Below, piece by piece: positions 37,917 to 47,517 of a stretch of 64,000 bases of DNA. The DNA comes from Bacteroidales bacterium (lineage in GTDB: Bacteria > Bacteroidota > Bacteroidia > Bacteroidales > VadinHA17): assembly GCA_049975425.1 (NCBI GenBank), contig JBNGDI010000007.1:10431-74430 (forward strand), in the 5' to 3' direction. The notes beneath the pieces were generated by a model. That model saw only the letters and a program-made list of their open reading frames with translations. It did not search any database and had not been told where the DNA came from. Each line of letters opens with the position of its first letter. Position 1 is the stretch's first letter. The translations under genes were made by a program, and so were the position numbers.

Positions 37917-40643
37917 ATGAATAAAATCCATTTATTATCGCTGCGTTTATACCTCTTCATTTTTTTTCTTCTTCCCGGCTCACTGGCACTATCCCAGGAA
38001 AGTAAGCCCTGTTTGTCGACTGAAGATTACGATTCCTGGCATTCACTGGGGCAAACCAGCATATCGCCGGACGGGAAATGGATTGCCTATTCCCTGGATT
38101 ATGTCAGTAGTACGGATACACTTTTCATCAAACAAACTCAGGGGGAAAAGATATATGAAATACCTCACGGAAACCGGCTTGCTTTCACGGAAGATTCAAA
38201 ATGGGCTGCCTGCCTGATGGGATATTCCGAAGCAGAAAGAGAGAAAATGCAGGAGAAAAAGGAGGAAATCAGAAATAAACTGGTACTGATCCGACTTGCT
38301 GACGGTGAGAAAAAAACAATAAAAGATATTCAGTCATTTACCTTTGCCAGAAATTCCATTCATCTGGCCATGGAAACCTATGCGGGAAAGGATGGAAGGA
38401 AAGACCTGATCATCAGGAATCTTGAGCACGGAACGCACCTGACCCTGGGAAACCTGTCGGAATGGTCATTCAACAAACCCGGAACACACCTTGCCTGTCT
38501 AATGAATACTGAAGGACACAGAGGCAACGGGGCCCATCTGATCCAACTTGACAACTATCGCATCCATATCCTTGATAGTGATACCGTAACCTACCGGCAA
38601 CTTTCATGGGACAGGGAGGGCTCGGCCCTAGCATTTCTGAAATCATTTACCGATACCTTGTTCAAAGATGAAAGCCATATCCTTTTTGCCTTGAATGATC
38701 TGAACAAACCACAATCATTGAAAGTGCTCGACCAGAGAAAAATGCAAAGCTTTCCGGAAAACATGAAAATCAGCGAACATTTTACGCCACGCTGGTCAGA
38801 AGACCTTTCAACCGTTTTTTTCGGGATTATCGATTGGGAGCCTGCTGAGAATGATTCTGTTAATCAGGGCAAAAAGAGAAACGAAAAAATCCCGGGGGTG
38901 GATATCTGGCACTGGAAGGACGATCCGATACAGCCACGTCAGGAAAAAAACTACAACCGGGATAAAAATTTTTCGTGCCTGTGCGCATGGCATCCAGAAA
39001 CCGGTAATACTGTCCGTTTGAATGATGCAAAAACCCGTGAAGCCACACTCACCGGCAACCAAAAATATGCCATGGTATGGGATAAGACTCCCTATCAGCC
39101 GCAATTCCGTCTTGAACATGGAGATCTTTACCTGGTCAATGTTACCAGTGGAAAGAAAAGCCGTGTACTGACAAATTTCAAAATCCAGTATTTTGCGGGG
39201 TCATCGCCGGAAGGAAAATATCTGCTGTATTTCAGGGATCATCACTGGTGGACATATGATATTGCCGAGAATAAACATACCAATTTAACCGGCAGCATGC
39301 CGGTGCCTTTCTGGAATACAAGGGATGACGGGCCCCTGGTTGAAAAACCTCCCTTCGGATCAGGAGGCTGGATGAAAAACGACCGGGAAGTAATTCTTTA
39401 TTCTGAATACGATGCATGGAGTTTCCGCCCCGACGGAAGCAATGCCCTGAATCTGACCCATGGAGAGGAAGATGAGATACGTTACCGCATTTTACGCCTC
39501 GACAGAGAAGAAGAATGGATGGATCCTGATCAGCCGGTTTATTTTTCCAAATTCGGGGACAAGACAAAAAAATCGGGATTCAGTATGCTGGAACCCGGGA
39601 AAAAACTACGGGAACTGTTGTATGAAGATAAACTTTGCCGACAGCTGAGCAAGGCAAAAAACACACAATCTTTTATTTACACGGCAGAATCTTATGAAGA
39701 TTCGCCCGACATATATTTTACTGACAATCTTTTCAGGAAAAGTATTCCCCTCACCAGAACCAACCCTCAACAATCCCATTTTTCATGGGGAAAAGCCGAA
39801 CTGATTGACTTCACCAGCCGGATCGGAAAACCGCTCCAGGGAGTGTTACATTACCCTGCCAATTTTATCCCAGGAAAACTATATCCCATGGTGGTTTATA
39901 TTTATGAGATACGTTCCAGTTCGCTGCACCAGTACATTCATCCTTCCCCGCGAAGCTTCTATAATATCACTCATTTTTCACAGCAGGGATACTTCGTTTT
40001 TCAACCCGATATTGTATACGAAGTAAACGAACCGGGGATGTCGGCTGTAAACTGCGTGCTTCCCGGTGTTGAAAAGGTTCTTGAAACCGGAATGATAGAT
40101 ATAAACAGTATCGGACTAATGGGCCACAGCTGGGGGGCCTATCAAACAGCCTTTATCATAACCCAGACTGATCTTTTTTCTGCAGCAGTAGCAGGAGCCC
40201 CGCTAACCAACATGATCAGCATGTACAATTCCATTTATTGGAATACCGGAACACCCGATCAGCAAATATTCGAAACAAGTCAGGGTAGATTCAGAAAACC
40301 CTACTGGGAATTAATGGACGAATATATACGGAATTCCCCGCTTTTCCAGGCTGAGAATATCAAAACACCCCTTCTGGTAGCTTTCGGGGATGAAGATGGA
40401 GCCGTTGACTGGCACCAGGGAATCGAATTGTACATTACCATGAGAAGAATGCAAAAACCAATGATTATGCTGGTTTATGCCGGGGAAAATCATTCGGTCA
40501 GGAAAAAAGAGAATATGCTGGATTATACCAGAAAAATCCATCAGTTTTTCGACCATTACCTGAAAAATGAAAAGGCCGAGCCATGGATTACAGAAGGAAT
40601 GAAATACATTGACAAGAAAAAACTGGAAAAAGAAAATAAATAA
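37917..40643 (+). CDS. S9-family serine peptidase (prolyl oligopeptidase/dipeptidyl-peptidase type) with an N-terminal beta-propeller region
   Basis: 908 aa with a signal peptide. The nucleophile motif is GHSWGAY, and the C-terminal alpha/beta-hydrolase region ends with GDEDGAVD and ENH. Confidence 0.9.
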   Translation: MNKIHLLSLRLYLFIFFLLPGSLALSQESKPCLSTEDYDSWHSLGQTSISPDGKWIAYSLDYVSSTDTLFIKQTQGEKIYEIPHGNRLAFTEDSKWAACLMGYSEAEREKMQEKKEEIRNKLVLIRLADGEKKTIKDIQSFTFARNSIHLAMETYAGKDGRKDLIIRNLEHGTHLTLGNLSEWSFNKPGTHLACLMNTEGHRGNGAHLIQLDNYRIHILDSDTVTYRQLSWDREGSALAFLKSFTDTLFKDESHILFALNDLNKPQSLKVLDQRKMQSFPENMKISEHFTPRWSEDLSTVFFGIIDWEPAENDSVNQGKKRNEKIPGVDIWHWKDDPIQPRQEKNYNRDKNFSCLCAWHPETGNTVRLNDAKTREATLTGNQKYAMVWDKTPYQPQFRLEHGDLYLVNVTSGKKSRVLTNFKIQYFAGSSPEGKYLLYFRDHHWWTYDIAENKHTNLTGSMPVPFWNTRDDGPLVEKPPFGSGGWMKNDREVILYSEYDAWSFRPDGSNALNLTHGEEDEIRYRILRLDREEEWMDPDQPVYFSKFGDKTKKSGFSMLEPGKKLRELLYEDKLCRQLSKAKNTQSFIYTAESYEDSPDIYFTDNLFRKSIPLTRTNPQQSHFSWGKAELIDFTSRIGKPLQGVLHYPANFIPGKLYPMVVYIYEIRSSSLHQYIHPSPRSFYNITHFSQQGYFVFQPDIVYEVNEPGMSAVNCVLPGVEKVLETGMIDINSIGLMGHSWGAYQTAFIITQTDLFSAAVAGAPLTNMISMYNSIYWNTGTPDQQIFETSQGRFRKPYWELMDEYIRNSPLFQAENIKTPLLVAFGDEDGAVDWHQGIELYITMRRMQKPMIMLVYAGENHSVRKKENMLDYTRKIHQFFDHYLKNEKAEPWITEGMKYIDKKKLEKENK

Positions 40644-40784
40644 GGGATGATCATCCTGCCGGTTTTGCAGATTTTTTTAAAAAAATACATCATAGAAAAA
40701 AAACTCGACCTTTACATTAAATATACATGGGTGGCATGATGATTGTCCATCCCTCATAGTGTTTTAATCAAAACAGCCATTGTC

Positions 40785-42401
40785 ATGAGAACCATTCCCG
40801 TTATCGTACTAAATTTTGCTCTGTTTTTCCCATCACTACTCAGGGCAAACAACGATCCGATCCCTGTTACCGGGCAAATCCAGTCCGTCACAGTATTTCA
40901 GAAAGGAGCCCAGGTTTTTCGTACCGGAACTGCCGCAATACCCTCGGGTAAATCCACCCTGGTTTTTGAAAATCTTCCCCGGGATTTGAATCCTCAGAGT
41001 CTACAGGTTTCAGGAGAGGGCAGATTCACCATACTGGCGGTTTCTCACCGCATCAACTATCTGCAGGACAGAACAAAGAACGAGCAAATACATGCCCTGG
41101 AAACCAAACTGAAATCCCTGGAAAAGGAAAAAGCCATTCAGGATGGACTAAAACAGGTGTTTGAAGCAGAAGAATCTATGTTGCTGGCTAACAAAGCAAT
41201 CGGAGGCGCCCAGAACGGCGTGGAAACCACACGGCTGAAAGAAGTTGCTGATTTTCTGCGCAAAAGACTTACAGAAATATCTTCAGAGAAAATTAAAATA
41301 CTGGAAAAAATTCGTTTCCTGGAAGAGGAAATCCGGAACATCAGGAATCAATTGAACCAGCTGGGAAGTTCAGGCAGGATCCCTGTGAGTGAAGTACAGG
41401 TACAGGTCAGTGCGGGAAATCCGCAGCAGGGGAAACTGGAAATCAGTTATATGGTGAACCAGGCTGGCTGGACTCCCAGGTATGATATCCGGGCAACAGA
41501 TATCCAGCAACCCATTGATCTGGTTTACAAAGCGGCCGTTTATCAGAATACAGGCGAAGACTGGAAAGAAATTCCCCTGACCCTTTCAACCGGAAACCCT
41601 CAAATCGGCGGAACAAGACCCAAATTGAATCCATGGTATCTGGATTTTTATGTGCCGGTATACCGGGATGTGCAGAAAAAAACGGCTGGTGTTCAGGCCA
41701 TCCCCATGAGAAACATGGCTGAAATGGAAGAAGCTGTGGCCAGCGCTCCGGAAGCTTCCACAGCAGTATCCTATACGACTGTAAGCGAAGGGCAAATGCA
41801 GGTGTTGTTCGAGATAAAAATTCCCTATACAATCCCTTCCGACGGGCAGGAAAACATGGTGGAAATCTCGGGGTTTTCAATCCCGGCCATTTTCGCATAC
41901 CATGCTGTTCCAAAGCTCGACAGGGATGCCTTTTTACAGGCAAAACTTACAGATTGGAAAAAATATAATCTGTTGCCGGGAGAAATGAATTTGTTCTTCG
42001 AGGGAACTTATGTTGGAAAATCTTTTCTGGATACACGCAGTACAGGCGACACGCTGGAGCTTTCACTCGGAAGAGACCGGCAGATCATTGTTGAGCGTAT
42101 CATGATGAGGGATTACTCAAAAAAACAATTCCTCGGTAACAAGGTCACTGATACACGAAGCTGGGAAATCCGCATCAGGAATAACAAATCTTCACCTGTA
42201 CATCTGGTGGTGCAGGACCAGTTCCCGGTATCCACCAATAAGGAAATTGAAGTATCCCTGACAGAAAGTTCGGGAGCACGTGTTAACCATAACACAGGCA
42301 TTTTCACATGGGACATACACCTCCAGCCAGATGAAAGCCTTACTCTGCGGGTTGGTTACGAGGTAAAATATCCATCAGGGAAAAACATCATCCTGGAGTA
42401 A
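40785..42401 (+). CDS. DUF4139/DUF4140 (MuiA-like) family protein
   Basis: Signal-like MRTIPVIVLNFALFFPSLLRA, a central coiled-coil segment and a C-terminal beta-rich region. VTVFQKGAQV...L...SLQV is typical of this conserved hypothetical family. Confidence 0.75.
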   Translation: MRTIPVIVLNFALFFPSLLRANNDPIPVTGQIQSVTVFQKGAQVFRTGTAAIPSGKSTLVFENLPRDLNPQSLQVSGEGRFTILAVSHRINYLQDRTKNEQIHALETKLKSLEKEKAIQDGLKQVFEAEESMLLANKAIGGAQNGVETTRLKEVADFLRKRLTEISSEKIKILEKIRFLEEEIRNIRNQLNQLGSSGRIPVSEVQVQVSAGNPQQGKLEISYMVNQAGWTPRYDIRATDIQQPIDLVYKAAVYQNTGEDWKEIPLTLSTGNPQIGGTRPKLNPWYLDFYVPVYRDVQKKTAGVQAIPMRNMAEMEEAVASAPEASTAVSYTTVSEGQMQVLFEIKIPYTIPSDGQENMVEISGFSIPAIFAYHAVPKLDRDAFLQAKLTDWKKYNLLPGEMNLFFEGTYVGKSFLDTRSTGDTLELSLGRDRQIIVERIMMRDYSKKQFLGNKVTDTRSWEIRIRNNKSSPVHLVVQDQFPVSTNKEIEVSLTESSGARVNHNTGIFTWDIHLQPDESLTLRVGYEVKYPSGKNIILE

Positions 42402-42465
42402 TCTTCCCCGGAAAAACGGAAATAACATAACCGGTAAATTGCCTTCAGGTGCTTTAACGAAGCTA

Positions 42466-44589
42466 TTATTTGCCCGATGTCTTTCCCCGATGGACGGCCA
42501 CGGCATATTGACCTGGTTTCAGTTCCCGGGGCATAATTACCAGGCTGTGACCAATAGTTTTCATTTCGAAGGAAATGGATGTCCATGCTCCCCCGGCATC
42601 TTTCCGGTATAACAGCAGTATTGATTCGGGACCCGGGGTATTTTTCATCTTACCAAATAATTTTTCTCCAAAAGAAAAATACGGATCAATAAAAAAGCTG
42701 CTTTTCATAACGCAATTCCCGGCGGAAATCCATTGCACATCCCAATATCTGTCACCGGCAATATACTCTTCCATTTCTATTCCTTCGGGTTCAATCCATA
42801 TTAACGATGGCCTAAGCAACAATGAATCTGTAATATCAAGAACTTCGACAACCATATTTTCTTCCGGAAGTTCATACCTGCCCGGATCGTGGATCATTTT
42901 TAACTGATCAGTTACAGCATCAGAAACCTTCTCCTCAGGATCCAACCATGCGGCCACCGGGAAAAATGGAAGCATAAACTCCTGATACGTTCTATTCCCG
43001 GGGAATTTTACCGTTCTTTTAATCCTGTTCAGGTACCTGTCAACAAACAGTACTTCTATCCTGTTGTCAAGCGTAAATAATTTCCGGCCCCGAAGCCTCT
43101 GTCCCACAAAAATTCCGGTACGGTATCTGGAGCCCTCATGAATAATATTCATAGAATCAATAGTAAACACGGGAAAACCTTCCGTATAGATCCATGCATT
43201 AAAAAACGGCGTCAGGTCAGTTCCGGAATATTCAGAAAAAAACCGTTCCATTTCACGTGTGGTAACCGATTGGAAAGCATACTGCCTGAGGTATTCCCTG
43301 AGGGTACGGAAAAACAATCCGTCTCCCATAAAACCTCTGAGAGTATGTACCATGTCAGCTCCTTTATCATATACAGTAGTTCCGTAAGTAATTTCTTCAG
43401 GAATACCATATACCGGATAGTATCCTTCATCTCTCAGATGTGCCTGCTGAAGTACCCTGTAATGATTTCTCCTTACATAATCCTTGAAGGCTTTCCGGCC
43501 CACGGCATATTCCAGAAACAAAGCTTCTGCATAGGTAGCCCAGCCTTCGTTAAGCCACATATCCTCAGCTGTGGCACAGGTTACCTGATTCCCTACCCAG
43601 CTGTGCGCCAGCTCGTGAGCATACAAAAGCCGGTATTTGTCATCTCCGGTAATTGTGGAAGCTGATAAAGCAATATTACAGGCATGTTCCATAGCACCGC
43701 CTGAAAATGGAACTGACACATATCCAATCCGGGGCCAGGAGTACGGTCCGAAATAATGCTCAAATGCTTCCAGTATTTGGGGAAGTGATTTAAAAGATTT
43801 AACAGCTTTGAGAGAATCGGCGGGTTTAACATAAATGGAAACGGGTATCTCCCTCTCCGTGCCAGAAATAATGGATTCCAGGGCGACATAATCTGAAACG
43901 GCTATTGACGAAAGATAAGTAGGAACAGGTTCATCCAGTTTCCAGTGAAAGGTACGGTCTGGTCCGGTATGATCTATTACCTCGAGTAATTCTCCACTGC
44001 ATACAGCCGTCAGTTGGTCTTCCACTTCTATAAAATATTCATAACTGGCACGATCGGTAAAATTATCCACACATGGGAACCAGGCCCTGCCAAAAGTTGG
44101 CGGAGCAGAACCCATACCAACCCCCATATTGTAAGCCGTCCCTTCTTTAAAATAAAACCCCCCCCACCTGGGATCGATAGCAGGTTTCCCCCGATAAAAA
44201 ACCGTTACCATAAATGAAGTATTCTTCTCCAATGAATAAGGCAGCGGGATAAAAAGCAATTGCCCGTTATAGGTGAACCCTTCCACAATTTCTTCGTTGA
44301 ACCAGACTGAATCCACCTGCATTGATAAAAGGTCAAGATACACGTGGGTCAGGTTCTCACCTGTGGCAATGATCTGTATGTCGGTATGCCCCTCTATATA
44401 ATGATCGTACACATCAGGTATTTTCAGATGCAAAAGATAATGGATCACATCGATGTCCTGGCCTGAAGCAGAATTCTGCCTTCCGGCCTGTAAATAAGTT
44501 GTGCCGGATATTGACGGAAAACATACAAAACTGAAAAGCAAAATCCATAGCCGTCTCAGGGATACAGTATGTAAAACATTCGTAAGCAA
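42466..44589 (-). CDS. M1-family zinc metallopeptidase (aminopeptidase N-like)
   Basis: GAMEH exopeptidase motif and the zinc motif HELAHSW-x17-WLNEGWATY. Confidence 0.9.
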   Translation of the reverse strand: MLTNVLHTVSLRRLWILLFSFVCFPSISGTTYLQAGRQNSASGQDIDVIHYLLHLKIPDVYDHYIEGHTDIQIIATGENLTHVYLDLLSMQVDSVWFNEEIVEGFTYNGQLLFIPLPYSLEKNTSFMVTVFYRGKPAIDPRWGGFYFKEGTAYNMGVGMGSAPPTFGRAWFPCVDNFTDRASYEYFIEVEDQLTAVCSGELLEVIDHTGPDRTFHWKLDEPVPTYLSSIAVSDYVALESIISGTEREIPVSIYVKPADSLKAVKSFKSLPQILEAFEHYFGPYSWPRIGYVSVPFSGGAMEHACNIALSASTITGDDKYRLLYAHELAHSWVGNQVTCATAEDMWLNEGWATYAEALFLEYAVGRKAFKDYVRRNHYRVLQQAHLRDEGYYPVYGIPEEITYGTTVYDKGADMVHTLRGFMGDGLFFRTLREYLRQYAFQSVTTREMERFFSEYSGTDLTPFFNAWIYTEGFPVFTIDSMNIIHEGSRYRTGIFVGQRLRGRKLFTLDNRIEVLFVDRYLNRIKRTVKFPGNRTYQEFMLPFFPVAAWLDPEEKVSDAVTDQLKMIHDPGRYELPEENMVVEVLDITDSLLLRPSLIWIEPEGIEMEEYIAGDRYWDVQWISAGNCVMKSSFFIDPYFSFGEKLFGKMKNTPGPESILLLYRKDAGGAWTSISFEMKTIGHSLVIMPRELKPGQYAVAVHRGKTSGK

Positions 44590-44631
44590 AGCAGATGATT
44601 AATAACTTATAATAAATGAGGATTCAGGCAA

Positions 44632-45345
44632 TTAGTTACTCGTACTGATGCGCTTGTCCTTCACTGCCCGGATTAGAGATTCGAAAATAATCCTGCCATC
44701 GGTAATACCTAATTCATCATCAGCAGCACGTTCAGGATGCGGCATCATACCGAATACATTTTTCCCTGCATTGCATACACCAGCAATGTTTTCTACCGAT
44801 CCGTTCGGATTAACGGCTTCAGAAATTTCCCCGTTTTTATCACAGTACCTGAACAGAATTTGATGATTCTGCCGCATGGTTATCAAATCATCATTGGGAG
44901 CATAGTAACGACCTTCTTTATGGGCAATGGGAATTTTCAGTGGTTTGTTTTTATCCAGCATGGATGTCAGGGGGGTGGCATTATTGTCCGGCACAATGTA
45001 AATGTTCTTGCATACGAACTTCTGATGGTTATTGTGCAATAGTGCTCCCGGTAATAATCCCGCTTCACATAAAATCTGGAACCCGTTGCAGATACCCAGC
45101 ACAAATCCCCCCCTCTTGGCAAATTCAATGACTTTTTCCATAATGGGAGAGTACCTGGCAATGGCTCCTGCCCGGAGGTAATCTCCGTAAGAAAAACCAC
45201 CCGGTAGTATCACGGCATCCGATTTCTTGAGGTCTGCATCCTTATGCCACAGCTCCACCACATCCTGCTCCATCACCTCATTAAGTACATAGATCACATC
45301 ATGATCGCAATTTGATCCCGGGAATATGACAACACCAAACCTCAT
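44632..45345 (-). CDS. purQ: Phosphoribosylformylglycinamidine synthase subunit PurQ
   Basis: MRFGVVIFPGSNCDHD, the nucleophile motif GICNGFQIL, and MMPHPER. Confidence 0.95.
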   Translation of the reverse strand: MRFGVVIFPGSNCDHDVIYVLNEVMEQDVVELWHKDADLKKSDAVILPGGFSYGDYLRAGAIARYSPIMEKVIEFAKRGGFVLGICNGFQILCEAGLLPGALLHNNHQKFVCKNIYIVPDNNATPLTSMLDKNKPLKIPIAHKEGRYYAPNDDLITMRQNHQILFRYCDKNGEISEAVNPNGSVENIAGVCNAGKNVFGMMPHPERAADDELGITDGRIIFESLIRAVKDKRISTSN

Positions 45346-45493
45346 AGCCTAAAATTATCTTTTCAAATATAGAAATTATTGGCAAGACAATTTGTCCTGA
45401 CATACAATTTTAAAAGCCCGGAACAATTTAGTTGACAGCCGGTATTGAAAAGATCCCATATTTTTTGTTATTTGGAGTCTAAATCTGGAAATC

Positions 45494-46552
45494 ATGTCAA
45501 GAATTCTGAAATTCGCCACCTATTTTGTCCTGTCAGTAATTATTCTTTTCGGTCTTTTTTTGCTGGTTTTCACTTTAAAAGACTACCAGCCTGCAGAAAG
45601 GATCATAATTTATGAATCGGATAATCCGGACACGCTCAGGGCAAATCATTACCTTGCTTTAAGCTGGAATATCGGTTATGCCGGGCTGGACCAGGATATG
45701 GATTTTTTCTATGACGGGGGGACCCAGGTTCGTACCTATCGGGAAAAAACAGAACAAAACCTTCGTTTCATTGAAAATTTTCTTGTCACCCGCGATTCTG
45801 TGGATTTTATTTTCCTGCAGGAAGTTGATATAAATTCACGTCGTACATACCGGTTCAATGAATTCGACAGCATTGATAATGTACTCGAGCAATATAAGGG
45901 CTGGTTTACCCCGAATTATAAAGTGGGATTCGTACCCCTGCCCATCACACAACCCATGGGAAAAGTAAACAGCGGTCTTGCTCTCTTTTCCCTCTATGAG
46001 CCATCCCTGGTGGAAAGGTTCGATTATCCCGGGAAATATTCCTGGCCCACCCGCATCTTTATGCTTGACAGGTGCTTTCTGGTAGCACATTTCCCCCTTT
46101 CCAGCGGCAAGGAATTGCTGGTGATCAATTCTCACAACTCAGCCTTCGACGACGGCACCCTGAAGGAACAGGAAATGCAGTACCTAAGAAAATACCTTCA
46201 GGAACAACATAAGGCCGGTCATAAAATAGTGGTTGGAGCTGACTGGAATCAGAATCCACCCGGCATCAGTGCTTCCCATTTTTTATCTCCTCCTGATTTT
46301 GACAAGTTTACGCTGAACTCCATCAGCCCTGACTTTTTACCCGACGATTGGATATGGTGCTATGACCCCCGTATCCCAACCAACAGGGATCTGAGGCATC
46401 CCTACAGAGAAGGCGAAACCTATACCACCATTATCGATTTTTTTCTCCTTTCACCGGGCTTGTCTCTTTTAAAAGTTGAGGCAACAGACATGAAGTTCCG
46501 GCATTCAGATCATCAGCCAGTATTGTTATCTTTCGGTTTATCCAAAGATTAA
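45494..46552 (+). CDS. Endonuclease/exonuclease/phosphatase (EEP) family protein, membrane anchored
   Basis: N-terminal TM segment, FLQEVD, NSHNSAFD and the C-terminal SDHQPV motif. Confidence 0.8.
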   Translation: MSRILKFATYFVLSVIILFGLFLLVFTLKDYQPAERIIIYESDNPDTLRANHYLALSWNIGYAGLDQDMDFFYDGGTQVRTYREKTEQNLRFIENFLVTRDSVDFIFLQEVDINSRRTYRFNEFDSIDNVLEQYKGWFTPNYKVGFVPLPITQPMGKVNSGLALFSLYEPSLVERFDYPGKYSWPTRIFMLDRCFLVAHFPLSSGKELLVINSHNSAFDDGTLKEQEMQYLRKYLQEQHKAGHKIVVGADWNQNPPGISASHFLSPPDFDKFTLNSISPDFLPDDWIWCYDPRIPTNRDLRHPYREGETYTTIIDFFLLSPGLSLLKVEATDMKFRHSDHQPVLLSFGLSKD

Positions 46553-46572
46553 CTGTTTCTACCAGGGGAATC

Positions 46573-47412
46573 ATGGAGTCAGGCAAGCTGGATATTGATG
46601 CTTTTGTTTCGGTGATCCAGGAAGGTTCCGAATTCGATCTAAGTAACTATTCTTACAAATCATTGCACAGAAGGCTGGCAAGAATACTGACCGATCTTGA
46701 TACAGATATGCCATCCCTGCTCCGGAAAATGAAAAATGATCCCCTCTTCATTGAACGGATGGTTATGGAATGTACTATCAGTACAACAGAGCTCTTTCGG
46801 GACCCCCAGGTATGGAAATTAATCCGTAAGGATTTTTTAAGACAATTCCATGGGGATGAAGATATAAATATCTGGCATGCAGGATGTTCTACGGGGCAGG
46901 AGGTGTATTCCATGCTCATGCTGCTGGATGTGGAACATATGCTAAACAGGGGAAATGTTACCGCTACCGATCTCAATCCAAACTATCTGAATACTGCCAT
47001 TCAGGGATGTTATAAATACCGGTACAATTTACAATATCTTGACAATTTTGATACGGTCATGAAAGAAAATCCGGACGATCCGGATTTTCTGGAAGACATC
47101 GCCTATGATCGGTATATGATCATTGATCCCTCTGATGATACTATCCGGATGAGACAATTCCTCCTGGAGAAACCCGTCTTTTTACAGCATGACCTGGTAA
47201 AAGGAAAAAGAGTGGACTCCGGTCCGTTTGATCTGATACTGTGCAGGAATGTGATTATTTATTTCAATTTCAATCTGCAAAACAGGGTTCTTCAACTGCT
47301 GTACAGTCATTTAAAAAAGGGCGGGCTGCTGGTTCTGGGTCCTCATGAATCCATTCTTGGCAGTTTGTCGGATAAATTCGAACGTTGCCGGATGGGCTAT
47401 CTGAAAAAGTAG
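46573..47412 (+). CDS. CheR-type protein-glutamate O-methyltransferase, stand-alone
   Basis: CheR N-domain followed by TELFRDPQVW. SAM-binding motifs IWHAGCSTGQEVYSMLMLL and DLILCRNVIIYF. Confidence 0.85.
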   Translation: MESGKLDIDAFVSVIQEGSEFDLSNYSYKSLHRRLARILTDLDTDMPSLLRKMKNDPLFIERMVMECTISTTELFRDPQVWKLIRKDFLRQFHGDEDINIWHAGCSTGQEVYSMLMLLDVEHMLNRGNVTATDLNPNYLNTAIQGCYKYRYNLQYLDNFDTVMKENPDDPDFLEDIAYDRYMIIDPSDDTIRMRQFLLEKPVFLQHDLVKGKRVDSGPFDLILCRNVIIYFNFNLQNRVLQLLYSHLKKGGLLVLGPHESILGSLSDKFERCRMGYLKK

Positions 47413-47517
47413 GTAAATGCTGTCCCCGAGTAAATGATTCATTGGATGCCAGGGTATGCAATCAATCAATAATATTTTTCTATTTTTATTGTCAATGATA
47501 AATGAATACAGGCACAT